Assembly: GCA_028023455.1 (NCBI GenBank)
Contig: JAQFVV010000009.1
Span: 868,001 to 932,000 of the forward strand
Source: Epiperipatus broadwayi
Taxonomy: Eukaryota > Animalia > Onychophora
Length of the DNA: 64,000 bases
Reading direction: 5' to 3'
In this document: positions 25,085 through 39,876 of the stretch, in pieces
How positions within the stretch are numbered: position 1 is the first letter of the stretch
Layout of the letters: each line of letters opens with the position of its first letter
Made by a program: the position numbers and the translations under genes
The notes under the pieces: model-generated
Seen by the model: the letters and a program-made list of their open reading frames with translations, nothing else
What the model was told of the DNA's origin: nothing
Databases searched by the model: none

Positions 25085-26215
25085 AATAACCAAAAATTGT
25101 AGTAATCCAGAATAATTTAATATAGCATTGTTGATTTTAGTATGAACAACTGGATGCATAGTGTATAGTATTAACAAACTATTGTTAGACTGTAACTTAT
25201 TTGCAATAGGTTATATTGTCTGATATAAGAATCAGGGGGAAAATTGAGGGTAATCATATTTAATACTTGCAATTTGTTTATTATTTCCAACTATAAACTG
25301 ACAGTTTTGATTGTTCAGCAACCTTCCTCAGAAATTATGTTTAACAAACACTTTTTTTTTTTTTTGCTAAACATAAGATTTGAAAAACATTGTTAAACAT
25401 TTGAAACTGGCATTTTACATTTGAAAATAATAAATTGCACATGAGAAAAGTGATTATTATTGTTGTTATTACTTGAATATATTATAATACATTATATGCA
25501 CAAAAAAAAAATGTGGATTGATTTATAATTTCTCTATCCAAATGCTGATGAATGTACTGATGGTATAATTAAAGTCTTTTCCCTAATGACTACTGCTAGA
25601 CAGATAATTTACCTAGGAATACTGGCTAATTGTCTAAAAAGTTTGAAATATCTCAATAATAAAAAGTCTTACTGATTTTTAAGAATATAATATCTCACGA
25701 GAAATTGATAAGATTAGTCAAGTATGGATTTTCTAAACATTTAAATAATGAATCTATATATTGATTAAATTATAAAGTAGCTAAAGGATAAAACTAGTAT
25801 TCTATGTCTTGACGGAAGTTTTTTTTAGAGCTATTCATTATATTGACTATATAATTTAAAAATTGTTAACATAAATAATATGTCATAAAGAAGATAGAAT
25901 TAAAGTCAATTTATAATGCATAATAGTTCAAAATTTTTGACATTTAGCACAAATAATTGCACAATGCAGCATAAGAAGAGTATGGAAGCTTGATAAAAGT
26001 TCTGGCAAGAATTTTACTAATCAGATCTAGTAAAATTTTGAAGTAGCATTGTTTCACACAATGATTTTATCCTTGGATCCTGTTTAATATAAAAAAAGAT
26101 TTTTACCTCAAATATGAAAAGTCAGCATTCAAATGGTAATTATAATAAAATGACTAACAGTCAATTTCATTCTAATAATCAAGCAAAAAAGAAAGCAACA
26201 ATATACCAAAAACTT

Positions 26216-26473
26216 AAATTAAAACATGCAAAACTCTATACATATTGCCACTCAGTACAAGCTAGAATAATCAATGGATGCTAGAAGGCTTGTGCATAAA
26301 ATCCCCATCTAATGCTTACTCATCCAATATCCTCAGACTAGTTTCTGGTTTACGGCCTTCGTCAGTGAAAAGCCTTGGATCTGAGAGCACTGCACCTAGA
26401 TCTTAGGATCTCTGTTTTAATAACAGTTAAGAGCAAGCATAAGAAATGTGATCATGTGATGTGTATTGGATTC
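26216..26473. mobile_element. Family C, 5'-inverted insertion with hammerhead motif
   Basis: 13-bp TSD ATACCAAAAACTT (26203-26215, 26474-26486). Hammerhead on - at 26331-26370: TTTCA-CTGACGA-AGGC CGTAA ACCA-GAAA-CTAG-TC-TGAGG. Confidence 0.85.
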
Positions 26474-27363
26474 ATACCAAAAACTTGCAACTAAAATCAT
26501 AAATGTTGTTTGATATTAATATGGTGTGGAAGGCTCCATTTTTTTTTATAACTATGTCTTCACAAGTTAATATCTTAAATTGTCAGAATATTTCTATCTT
26601 TATTACCAAATGCAGAAATTTTTTTATTGCATTATAAAAATTTATTCACTCTAATGATTTTAATGTGCACTTACAATTTTTTACAACCTATCAGATATGT
26701 AATACTAAGAATGTAAACCTATTTATGTAATAAACTAGTTCAAATACATTAGGAGTCCCATTTATTTTTGATCTGGCAAAATAGATTGACATTGGCATAA
26801 TAAAAGGTGGGAATTATTTGCAAGTTCATTTAAATGATTCTTTGAGAATCTAATTTGTGAATTATCTTAATAATATATTCAGACTATTATGTTCTGTGAA
26901 TATATTTAAATTTATCCTACAAAGATTGCATATAGACCTATCATTTTCATTCACCATCTAAACAATTCTATTTTGAAGGATGACAGAATATATGGGAAAA
27001 ATTTATTGTCAGGTTAAATAATGTTTTCACATGACATTTTCATATGCTTTCATTAATATTTCTAGAAAAAGGATAGAAAAAAATACCTCTAGTTGAAATA
27101 AAATTAAAGTTTCCAAAATTTAAAGAAACTTACCAGTCAGATCTATATAAATATGTAATCACAGCAACTCAAAACTTTTGAGGTTTTATAAAATTCCAGA
27201 TTACTAAATTGTAGCTTCTAGACATATAAGTATATTGATTTGGATCATTAAATCTTAATCATCACTGAATGTTTTAAAACATGGTGAAGATTTTTTATTT
27301 AAACTTTTCAAATAGAAACAAATAACACACAAATGGATAATGCACAGTGACAATATTTGTTTA

Positions 27364-27431
27364 GAAGTTGAACTCTCACCTTTAGATTCTTGAATATCAA
27401 ATGTAAGGCAAACACTCTACCAACTGAGCTA
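27364..27431 (-). mobile_element. Family E head fragment
   Basis: TAGCTCAGTTGGTAGAG A-box (27415-27431), then ATTCAAGAATCTAAAGG shared with the 13.3 kb copy. Confidence 0.65.
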
Positions 27432-30400
27432 TTCTGTCAAAGGCAACATATAGTAGAAATTTGTTATATTTATATATGAGGGTTGGTTCAAATCCACCTG
27501 AGTCCTTCAATTTTTTTTTTTAATAAGGCTAATTAGTTTTTTTTTATTGTCTATTTGTGTGTTATTCCTAACAAGTTGTTTGTATTTGGAGAGTTTAAAT
27601 AAAGTTTAAAATTTTCTATACATTCAACATTCACTCATAAATGATGGAAATAGTCCAACATATCACATCTTATGAATAGTTATACTATAGCATAATGCTT
27701 TATGAATAGTTATACTATAATATAATGCTTTAATATTAAACCTGGCATTATCTCAGATGTTATGTGAAATATGTCTGTAATAAAGAAATGGGAAAATGCC
27801 ATTGTTAGAATATATATCTTTATAGGTAGCATGATATTTGCATGGTTTGACTAGATATAACAATTGGATAAAACAAAATGGACAAATAAATCAGTGATTG
27901 AAATGAGCATGATGGCTATAGATGATATAAAAACATATTGTTATTGTAATTTATGTTCTAGCATTGCAGACAAAAGTAACAAGTTAACAAAATCCACAAA
28001 TAAATTATTAGGTATGACTAGAACATATGCACTGAGAAAAAGATATTATTAAATATTGTATCTAAATAAAATAAAAACAAATTATATGATCAGTTTCTTA
28101 GAAAGTTAATGATATTTGAGCACCAAAATGCCTAGCTTAAAAACAAGCATATTTTGCACTTTTCTTAATTCAAAATTGATCAGTAATCTTTGCCTCTTTA
28201 ATCTTTTTCTCTCATCACAATTCTAAATTACTAAAGATTCTATAATATAAAAAGCAGGAATAGGTTAAAGATGTGCTAGTATAGAAACTTTTTGTTCAAT
28301 AATTCTGTTTGTAAATAATGAAATAGTTTGCTTGAACAGTTTATTAATTTGAGATGATGATTTAACAGGTGACTTGTTTCAGATGTAGTATAAATGTTTG
28401 CAAAATATAGATTGTGAAAATATTTATTGTTATTTCCACTTAGATTTAAGCTCCTAATTCAATGTCAGCAATAATTTATTCATTTTTTGAACCCAAATCA
28501 CCAGTGCTAACTCTCAGTTGCTAAATATCAACAGTAGTAGCTTATTTAATACATCAAGAATAATGAAGATTACATGTCAATTGTGTTCAGATCAGCTTCA
28601 TCATGCTATAAATCAAGCTCAGTACCAGTATTTTCAAAATGAAAAGCAGATAACATTTTGTACATTATATAATTCTGTTAAAATTTTGAATTCATGATAT
28701 ATTGAAAAACTATTGTTTTCATTAATAATTTCGAGCAAAATATAGTGAAACTATTAAAATTTTCTATCTTATATAGGAAAGAAGAAGCAGTAGTTACAAT
28801 GTGATGCTTTCTATTTACATTTATGACAAAATGCATATGCCCACTGTTGTTAAAATGAAAATAAGATAAAATATTTATGGTCAGCTTTTTCAAATGTTAG
28901 ATACTCTTTTATGGGAGAACCACCACTTTTATGCTTTTTTTTTTTTTGGTATTACAGGCATGTGGGTTGTCTTATGAGCATAGATGTTATTATCAAAATT
29001 AGATGTCATGCGAATGTTTTTTTTTTAATTTTTCAACTCAAATGAAAGTCTTAAGTATTAGAGAATGATAAAAGACAAGTGAAGTTCAATACCTCTTTGT
29101 ATTTTCAGAACAATAGTCACTCATTTAAAAACTTTTTTGACAAGAAAAATTGGGAAATTAACAATCATATATTTCAAGAAAATAAATAATTTATAATACT
29201 TACTCTACAATGTAAAAAGATATAAAGATAGGAAATGTTTTGTAAAAATAATGAATTTTCAAATAATCTTAAAAAATAAGATTATATTTACAATAAAGGA
29301 AAATATTTTTTTGAAGGGAAAGAGGGGGCCAAGCATTATTGTTCCAGTATCTGGGAATGAGAGGTCCATTTATAGTCTTACCCTGCCCCATGTCTGATTA
29401 TGCAATCTGATGGAGAACAATTTTTGATGACAATTTATTGTCTTAAGATTATTAATGATTGTATTTGGGTCCTTTACAAGGTTTTGGTCATATAAAATGA
29501 AAATGATAAAGCAAATAACAGAAAAGAAACTCTGAGAAATGTTTTAACAGTAAAACAATTTCAGAGTGACTATTTGATATTATTTTTAAAACTAATTTTT
29601 TAAAGTATAGATATTTGTTTTGAAGGATTTTATTTTCATTTCAATAACTCTGCCTATAAATTGATTAATATGGCAACTGTAAAGGTTATTATAATTGTTT
29701 TAAAACACTTTAAAATTAATTTATTCAAACTTTTACTCCTTTTACCATTGTTTTATTAATCCTTATTTTTGGTACTGTCAGAGAGCTGAAGAATTCTTTT
29801 AGTCTTTGGCCAAGTTTTTTTTTTGGTGAACACTTAAGGATGTATCTCTGCTTTCTTTTCTACAGTTTTAGCTTTTCAACAGCTTTCATTCAAAAAATGT
29901 TTTGCACTATTTTTCTGGCAGATATTTATCTTTAACATTTCAGTACATTTATTAAATGTCATTATCATTTGGGAATATGAATGGAATAACATTTGATCTG
30001 GATTTGGTAAACACTATTATCTATGGATTATTCAAGCTCACAATATATGACAACACAAGTTATTCAAGCCTACAACACATGGCAACACAAGTGAACTGAA
30101 CAGAGTTGCTCCTGAAAAGCATGTAATGTTGTTTTGGTTTTTTAATTAAAATAACAACAACTGTAATCCTCATGAAAGTATAATTTTGTTACCATATATA
30201 TGTAATAGACTGTGTCATAGTGAAAGCATTGGTGAAGATATCTCAGAGTATTTTTATTTTAGTTTAATTATTTTGATCAGTATGTATGTATATACTATCA
30301 AATAAAACCAATTGTTATTGATTGTAATTTGCCATTGCTTGCTAGCCCTTTAACATAAATTATTCCAACATCTCATATTTGGAACTAAAACTCAAAATAA

Positions 30401-31019
30401 TGAAATTCTTTACTTTATTAAGATGCAGAGTATATGAACATATAAACAGAAATGGATGTGTATGTTTAAAGATAAATGTTACGTATAGATTTAAGATATT
30501 TTCATATTTTTTTCCAAAACTGATTAACTTTTTATTATATTTTAAGTTTCTAAAGTAATTTCGTTTCCCATAAAAGATTAAGCCTAATTATACTAAAAGC
30601 TGAGTTGAAAGATCATAGTAATAAAATGAAGGAAAAAAAAAACATCAGGGTAGAAGTGTAATTATAATGTCAAAGCATTATAGGTCAAAGAAACTCTTGG
30701 TTTACTTATTTAATTTTTTTCTCTCTTTCTGTTGTATAAATTAATATATTAAGTTATTTTTAGTTCCAAAGAATTTATTTTTTTAAAAAATAAATGCAGC
30801 AATCCAGATCAAATTCTAATAACATGTAGAGGGGGAGGGGTGCTACTAAAAGTGTGAAAGTCATTTACTTATTGTCTTAAAAAATGTATTTTGGAATTAT
30901 TTATCCAAAAAAAGCCATCTCCCTCTCCCTCATCGATAGTGAAGCTACATCACATAATTTTTTTTCTAATCAGAATATTATTATATTAATCTGGTTGTGT
31001 TACCATCAAACTAGCTGGT

Positions 31020-32530
31020 GTGATGAGATGTGAAATGGCTACTCCTTTATCGAAGTCAGAAATCTCTCAGCCACTATACTTAGAATGACATGTTAGCCAC
31101 CTTACTTCCCTTTCAATTGCCAAGTTTTTCCCATATCCTTCTCCATCTTGCTGTAGCCCATTTCCACAACATCACATTTGTCCACTCCATGGCCTTTATA
31201 TCTAGATTCCCTCCTTATCTTTTTTTTCAAGCCCAGCAAAAAGACCAAGAATCCATTTTATGTATAATTACTTAGTTTATATTTATTCTTTCACAACTTT
31301 ATTATTTGTATCCTTTCTATTTGTAATCATTTACATTCAATTAACAGATGCCTAATATTTTTCTTATCTTTCTTATATAAATTGCAGACTAAATCACTCA
31401 CATTTCTCCATTTATTTGTATATTTCCTTGTATCTAATGATCCTGATCAAGCCTTAGTATCTAATGATCCTGATCAAGCCTTAAACAGTAGATTACTTTC
31501 CTTGCTATTATCATAAATTAACTCACACCCAATATTTTGTTTACTTCTATATATATTTAGATCTCTTTTCATTCTCCATACTAGTTCTCTATCTCTCAGC
31601 TCTCTATTTTTATTAATGCATCTATTCTTCTATCCCATTCTTTGCCTCTATAACAATCAACAATCCTAACACAATCATCCCACATTTTGTACAAGTATAC
31701 TGATGTAGTCTTTATCCAAATCTTCTGTATACTATACTATCATTCTCACTCATCTTGTTGCCTGTCCTTTACTCATAACCCAATTCAATACAATTTTGAC
31801 TATTCTCTTACCACTCATAAATTGTAATTTGCTGAGCATTTTCATTTTTATTTTTGCATCTTTCATATAAAAACTTGATCATTCCATTTCTTCTTGAATT
31901 GCAACCATTGCTGTCCACACATCTGAATTTAGTGCATATATTTCTACTTCCCTTTGTACTTTTTAAAGTAATTTAATACTTCTTTGCTAATAAATAATGC
32001 ATCGGTATTATAAGTTAGCCCTCCTACTGTCACTCCCTTTCATACAATTCTTGCTACATCTATTTATTATATGAAAATACTATTAATTTCTTTATCAATC
32101 CCTTTCTTTTCTTTGTATCAATTTTTTCTCCCATTCATCCAGTCAATTCCTCTGATTAATTAAGATGATTCCCAAATAGTTATACATATTCACCACATTT
32201 ATCTTTATATCCCCAAAGAAAAATTATTTCTCTTCTCTTTCTCCAGTATTTATCACCATTACTTTTGATTTTTCTTCACTAAATTTGATCCCCATCTCTT
32301 TACAAGTCTTAAGCACAACTGCCATATCTTCCCTATTTTCTATGCAAAAGGAAATATCATTAGCAAATAAGAGACCTGATTATGTATACACTCCCTTGTC
32401 ATCTATTAATGATATCTCTACTCCTCTTCCTAGTCTTTTTATTGCTTTTTCCATTTCTCTCAATTATAACAAAATAGGTGATATAAGTCATCCTTGTCTT
32501 AGTCCACCCCATTTTTAACTCAAACTGATT
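31020..32530 (-). mobile_element. 5'-truncated non-LTR retrotransposon (LINE) RT remnant
   Basis: Minus-strand GGLRQG (about 32495-32515), GLLFANDI (FADD-like, about 32350-32372) and YNYLG (about 32172-32187) in the correct order. Many stops; clade not resolved. Confidence 0.75.
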
Positions 32531-33749
32531 TTATATTTCCTAATTGATATGTATAACAAGAGCAAGTCTTTATTATAGTACCATCCAATGTAAGCCCAAG
32601 AAATCAGTGACATATAATATCCCTGACCCTGCATTCAAATCCCCATTCTCAGACTGTACCTAGATGGTATTAATATAAAAACCTGTTCATGATTACCAAT
32701 TTGTTTTAAGCTGATAGTTTGGTGAAAATTTTTGTTATTAACATTTTTAGCCAGGAAAATAAGTTGCCTAAAATGAAGAATTGAAAGTACTAGAGTATAC
32801 TGGTTCCCAATTCATAAAATTGTTCAAGTAGATTGATGAGTTCAAAACCTTAGGCTGATTTGAATTTCAAAATTTACTTTGATAGATAAAATAAAATTAA
32901 ACTTTGTTGCTGAATGTATATATCTGCAATCTTCTTGATAAAGGTGATGCCAAAAACTGAACAGAAGATGGAGATTCAAATACTAAGAATAGAAATTTTA
33001 TATGCATTTAATAGTTACTGATCACTCAAGTGCCCACATGATAGCAATAAAATAAAAAAAAAACTGCTCATTTTAATTCTAATATTAATTTCTCAGTGGA
33101 AGTTAAAACAAAATAGTAGAAAGATTTCTATATTATTACTATCTTAATAGCAATCATTCAAACTAATATTTTAAAATTGTAAAAATGTAACACATATATC
33201 GATTTTGAATCATTGCATCAACCCATCAGCAGTTTTATCCAATTTAAACAAAATTTAATGCTAGTGCATTGTTCCATAGTGGGATTTCTACAAAGGCATT
33301 TCTACAAAGGTATGAAACACAATGTCACATTTTAAACTCATAACTTGGGATCCAGACAAGCTAGTGTCTTAAAATATTTTTGGGAAATAATTATACATAT
33401 CACTATGTAACACATATATTGATTCAGAGATGGCATTATAAGCAGTTTGGAGAGAGAAACAATTACTTTTTAATTGGGACAGTGAGTATATGAATTTTAA
33501 ATAAATTCTATGAAGTTACTTTATAAAGTTACTGATATTTAAATATAGAACAACAAAACATCATATGAATTTCTGTTTACATTTACTTCATGCTTTTAGA
33601 AATGGTAATTCACTCTAATTATTGCCCTGCAAATTTAATGCAGTAACACAGTGATTCTCAGTCACTTTCCAATGCTCAAATGTCATATGACTTTCCTTAA
33701 CAATAAACTATTTCCCTATTTAGTTATGTATTATTCTATTTCAGAGCTA

Positions 33750-34894
33750 AAAAATAAAATGATAAAAAAATCAAGTCAGATGTCACATGACTTAATTTTA
33801 ATAAAGCTTGTATTTACAAAAGTTATATATAGAGCTCGTAAAATAAGCTCTTAACAAGCTTTGAGAATATCCTCAACCCCAAACTGGTTTCTGCTTCTGG
33901 TGTCGTCAGTGAGGTGCCAGATATTCATTAGATTAAAAATACTAGGACAATCCCAGCCCTTTATCTAATGTATAACTATTGAGAAGAAAATCTGAAATTT
34001 TCAGACATCCATATGTCTAAAAATCCAGCTATCTAACTCAAATAGCCATATGGGACTGAACTAAGTTCAGATACACCATATATTAATAGCTTTAGCAATA
34101 TAAAATCACCAAAACCTTAATAGCAAAAAATAAAATGATAAAAAAAAATCAAGTCAGATGTCACATGACTTAATTTTAATAAAGCTCGTATTTACAAATG
34201 TTATATATAAAGCTCGCAAAACAAGCTCGCAACTAGCTTTGAGAATATCCTCAACCCTAGACCAGTTTCTGCTTCTGGCATCATCAGTGAGGTGCCAGGA
34301 TATTCATTAGATTAAAAATACTAGGACAAGTCCAGCACTTTATCTAATGTATAACTATTGAGAAGAAAATCTGAAATTTTCAGACATCCATATATCTAAA
34401 AATCCCGTTATCTAACTCAAATAGTCTTATGGGACTGAACTAAGTTCAGATACACCATATATTAATAGCTTTAGCAATATAAAATTGCCAAAACCTTAAT
34501 AGCAAAAAATAAAATGATAAAAAAATCAAGTCAGATGTCACATGATTTAATAAAGCTTGTACTTACAAATGTTATATATAAAGCTCGCAAAACAAGCTCT
34601 TAACAAGCTTTGAGAATATCCTCAACCCCAGACCAGTTTCTGCTTCTAATGTGTCATCAGTCCCATATGGTTATTTGAGTTAGATAGCTGGATTTTTAGA
34701 CATATGGATGTCTGAAAATTTCAGATTTTCTTCTCAGTAGTTACACATTAGATAAAGTGCTGGGCTTGTCCTAGTATTTTTAATCTAATAAATATCCTGG
34801 CACCTCACTGACAATGCCAGAAGCAGAAACCGGTCTGGAGTTGAAGATATTCTCAAAGCTTGTTAAGAGCTTATTTTGTGAGCTCTATATATAA
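33750..34894. mobile_element. Family B hammerhead array: about 2.4 units on - plus an inverted segment on +
   Basis: 13-bp TSD TATTTCAGAGCTA (33737-33749, 34895-34907). Hammerhead positions at 33877, 34255 and 34626 (periods 378 and 371), inversion at about 34658, + copy motif at 34803-34840. Confidence 0.9.
34255..34292 (-). ncRNA. Type I hammerhead ribozyme, family B, core intact
   Basis: CCTCA-CTGATGA-TGC CAGAA GCA-GAAA-CTGG-TC-TAGGG. Sister copies give stem III ACCGGT and a TGGGG 3' strand of stem I. Confidence 0.75.
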
Positions 34895-37800
34895 TATTTC
34901 AGAGCTATCTTATGTAAGTTAAAATAATTAATTGAGCAACCTCCTAACTAATGCTCAGCAATTAAACTTACAATAGATGGCTCTGTAGTAATTAGAATTA
35001 ATTTCTATTCCTAAAAGTATAATTATTACATATTAAATCAATTTTTATACATCTCTCCCTCTAATTTATTACAATTTAACATTTCTTTTTATTGCATTAC
35101 CCCAATTCAACCAATATTATTATTAACACCTCTATCCATTATGCCTCACAACACTTCACACAGACATCACATCAATTACACTATAACAATCTTAATCTAC
35201 CTGAGTAAAATTATTAAACTCCCTGTGCTTTGAAAAATTTTTAATTTAGTGTTTGGATTTTAATCCCAAGTCTTGGAAAGCAGTTCTAACTACTGCATCA
35301 TAAGAACTATTACTTCCATAAATTATCCTCAAATATAATTCCCTTCAAAATCAGAATGTGTTTTGGAAATACTCATGATTGTAGATGGTTGTATAGTTGT
35401 ATTAAGTTTTAATAAATGGAAAGGCCCCATAATGTAATAATTAGACCATTTAAGTTTCCTAAAGCATGATTTAGGGATCAATTCCAGAATATAATTAGAG
35501 CACTGGTCAGTAAAAGAAGCTCCTTTCTTCTTTTTTTTTTTTAACTAACGGACAAAATGCGATTCAAATTAGGTTATGTAAATGTTTAATCAATGATAAT
35601 AATAATAAAACATGAGTGAAATATGATTAGAATGTCAGAAGATGTCTCTATTTACTGAACAGGTAATATACTTTATTAATTGAGGATATTATTATATATT
35701 TCTGCCATTGAATCTATTGTATATTTTATGTTATTTATAGAAGGCATCATCAGATATCTCTGGCATTGAGAGCATCTTTTCTTTATTAGTAGAGGGCAGT
35801 TTACCAAAAAATTTTAGCACTAAGCCCATGGTCCACTTATTTCATTACCTGGATATAAATTATGCTAAAACTAATTATTATGAAATAAAACAGAAAATTA
35901 TTATAAGTAGAGTGTAAATTTTTCCTACCCAATTATAAACGGAATTCATATTAGAAAAGGATGCTATAATCAAGATTCGTAATAATCATCAATCCCAATA
36001 AATTATAATAAAATGTTGTACCTCAGTAACTTCAATAATTATATAAACAAAGCAGATTAATATTTAAATTCATTATAAATGATTAAAACCAGATCATTAT
36101 ACTATAATTTTAAATACTGTCTAAAATGTTTCTTTTTTTTTCATTCAAAACATATTTCTTTCTCTTTCTTTTTTTATCTTCATTAAATTTTAATAAATGC
36201 ATAGCCACGCACAGTTCTAAGTAAATTTGTTGATAGAAGCCAGTAAACCATAAATTACATATTTCCTGTGTATATAAGGGCTAGGTGTGACTGGGTTCAC
36301 GCAAATTAACTTCATTAATAAGGAAAAAAAAACCGAATTTTATATACGAACAAATGTATTTGTGATTATATTCACACATTCATATATATGCATTCTCTGA
36401 TAAACTTTTCTTAATGAACGAGTGCAATTTTTTTCGCACTTAACTTTCCAGGTCACTCAAATAAATTATATACTTTTCAAGTTGATTTTAAAGGCATCCT
36501 TTAAAATACTATAATGTAATAAAAACAAAATGTCTTCTGACAAGCAGAATAGAATATAATCAAAGAGTGAAAATAATAACGTGCAAAGCATTTTGATACT
36601 GGAATACTATCTCATCAGATGCATTGCTAGCACAATGACTATTGCCCACTATAATTAGTGCCCGCAATTTTATATAAATATTGCAACATCATGCACTTTG
36701 TTTTAAAACATGAAAGTTGTTGTAATCATACATTTACAAACTAATAACGTAATATTAAACAAACTGAACAAGGCAAAAAAAAAATCTTTACCATATTTTA
36801 TTATATAAAAATATGTGATTGTAAATGTATATTTTTGAAATAACTATATACTAAGATGAAAATATACCCTCTACTATACAAATGTAAAAAAAAAAAAATC
36901 ATTGGAAAGTTGTTACAAGTTAGCTGTGTTTCATAAAATATTCTGAAAGTAATTTTTTATCCAAACATCTTTTGCACTAATTGACTGAAATATTTAATTC
37001 TACTCCATACTGCTTAAGATTAATACAATCTAATTTATTTCATTCATTTATCTCAAGTTAGATTTAAATAATTTCTGAAAATAGTCTCCACAGAAAGTCA
37101 CCCTTATATGACTTGGATTATAATGCAATAATACTTGACAGGTAACTTCCTTAGTACTAGCACTTTCTACTAATGACTATTATGCCCCATTTGTAGAAAA
37201 ATGCCTGCACAAAACTTTTTAAATTCTCAATTAAATATTATCATGAATAATACTAATGACACATTTAAATCTATTTATAGCAGTTTCCTGTTCATTTATA
37301 TATTTCTTTATCAGATATCAGAAAAAAAAATTATTTTACAGAAAATCTATAAAAAATGTTAAGTAGATCATACAGCAATAGTTCAAGATATAATTTTTCC
37401 ATTTAAGATTCATCTCAAATCAAGATTTCTAGATGTTCAATTAAGAATCTATATCTGATAAATTGTAGCATAAAAAATGGACTTTTTATGAGATTCCAAA
37501 CTGATTTTTTTTTCCAGATAGAACAATAAAGATAACTGGATTTGATCTTTCTAGATATTACTAGAATCTCATCAATGGATTCAGGACAAGCCACTTTATA
37601 AATGGAGTTTAACAGTCACTGACTTATGTAGAGGCAAACACAAACTACAAACCACATAATGTAAAGTCACAGTATTTAAGAAAGCTACTATTAAATTTAT
37701 CTCCTTATTTTGAATCTCTGCAGATTCCTTTATGATGTTTAAGTTATATAAACATAGGGAAAAATCATGAGCTAAATAAATAAATGACTGATTTTTACGA

Positions 37801-39843
37801 CACAGCAGGAATTGTATTTTTTTTATATAAATATATTAATATACAATTTATTTTAAAGTGTGGCAAAAATTATACACTAATAATGATTATCATGTCCAAC
37901 TTAATAATGTACAATTAAACTTATTGAATAAGTTAGATATATTTTAGTTCTACTTTAACAACCATAGAAAAATGTAGTATTTAATAAAAGTCAAATATAA
38001 ATGCACAGTTTTAAAATAGCTATGGTGTAAGGAAATGGGAAGTCATGTGACATTTGAGTACCAGAGTGACCTGTTAAACTTTGATCCAAGAATCTTTAGC
38101 TTTTATATCAACCACTATAATAAATTACATAGAGAAAATACAAATTTAAATCTTATATCACAATTTACCTACTGTATTGCAGAAAACAGGAAATATAATA
38201 TATATGTTTTATCACTTTTTGCAAATTTTTTATAAATATATTCACTTCTGATGCTCGAATATCACATGTTCTCGCAAATAATTAGTCATTTGATTATTTA
38301 TTTAATTATGTATTCTATATTCCCAATAGATAATAAATTTATTTTTTAGTATTATTAACTCTTAAATTTTGACATTGTCATTCAAATGAAATTAAGACAT
38401 TGCTGTCTTGCCCAGTATTCTTAATTTAAACATGATATATTTTATAAATGCATGATTATCATATTTTTATTCTTGAATATAAATTATATGTTATAGATAT
38501 AATGCCATTAATTGAACTATTAATTTACCAATTTCTAATAACCAGGTAAAACAATGAGAGTGAATTTTAAATTTTATTTTCACCAGACTATTACTTTATC
38601 AAAAGTTGCAATTCATTTAAATAACTTTTTATTATTATTTAATCTTAGATATACACATGTTAAAAAAATGAATATGATACAATAAATAAATATATAAACA
38701 TATTTAAAAATAAAATTAAAGGTAAATCATTAAGCAAATTAAATAGTTGTAATAAGTTTAACTGAAATGAGGACCATTTTATTTATTTTTCTTAATCCAA
38801 TGGCTCTATTTAATTCAAGATTTTTAATTTTTTCATAGAAAATAGTGACAAAATAACTTTGATAATTTGAAAAAATAATTACAATAAATCCTGAATCTGT
38901 TATTTTCAAAAAGCCTTGAAGTATAAATAATATGTAAAAATAATCGAATGAGAGCCAAATAAAAATTATAAATAAAAATAAATTTTTCATATATTATAAC
39001 ACAGCAAATGTACAATCACTTTTTTAAAACAATATATATGTTCCCCAATAATATCAACAAATTAAAAAAAAAAATTCTTTTTCTTTTCAAAAACTTTATT
39101 TTCTTATATCAATACTGAACATATATATATATATATATAATACAAACTCCAATGTTTCAACTGTTTTTATCTTCTTACAGTCATTTTCAAGGATCTGCAA
39201 CAACAACACGAAATACATATTTATAAATAAACCTCAATTACATAAATACCCTCATCTTACATCAACATAAACAGTAACAAACATATTAATCATACATAAT
39301 TATATTTTTACTTACATCTCTCTCCAACTATTTTTTTATTACACTTCTTTTTACATTATTTAATTACAAATCATAAAATCATCCAAGAAACTTTTTATAT
39401 AAATTTAAAAACCAACCCTAATTTCAAATGACTCCCCCCCTTTTTGAATCTTATCTAAAACCCATTTCAAAACTACATTCCTAATCTATAGCTTTAAATG
39501 TATATAAAACAAATATAAACATCTTTTTTTATATATAAAAAAACTTTCAACAATTTACCTAAACCCATTTAAACATTCCATTTTAATTATACATTATTTT
39601 ACATTCCTTATCTACTCCATTAATTCTATTTAAAATAGGATTATATTTTGTTTATGTAAAAATATTCTTTTACCATCCTTTCTCTGTAATTTTTAACCCT
39701 TTCTAACATAAATTTTATGATTATTCACTGAAATGCAGTAGATTTGAAGTATAACAATTACATTTAATTAGTACAATTTAGAAATTATAATTAAAAATAT
39801 TATTTATTTATTATTTGCAAAATGTGAATGCATACACACACAC

Positions 39844-39876
<33 letters not shown>

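Noticed and set aside
25540-25640. ADECTD reading resembling a hAT DESTD motif
   Set aside because: Isolated; the flanking frames are not alignable by eye.
28450-28660. Acidic coding-like stretch on -
   Set aside because: Interrupted by stops and no family motif.
27670-31484. Small tandem duplications (about 31 bp at 27670, 32 bp at 30030, 27 bp at 31430)
   Set aside because: Ordinary slippage-type duplications.
36200-36760. CpG-retaining stretch with TATATAAG at 36271 and a TCA about 28 bp downstream
   Set aside because: TATA-like words are common at this AT content and no linked exon was found.
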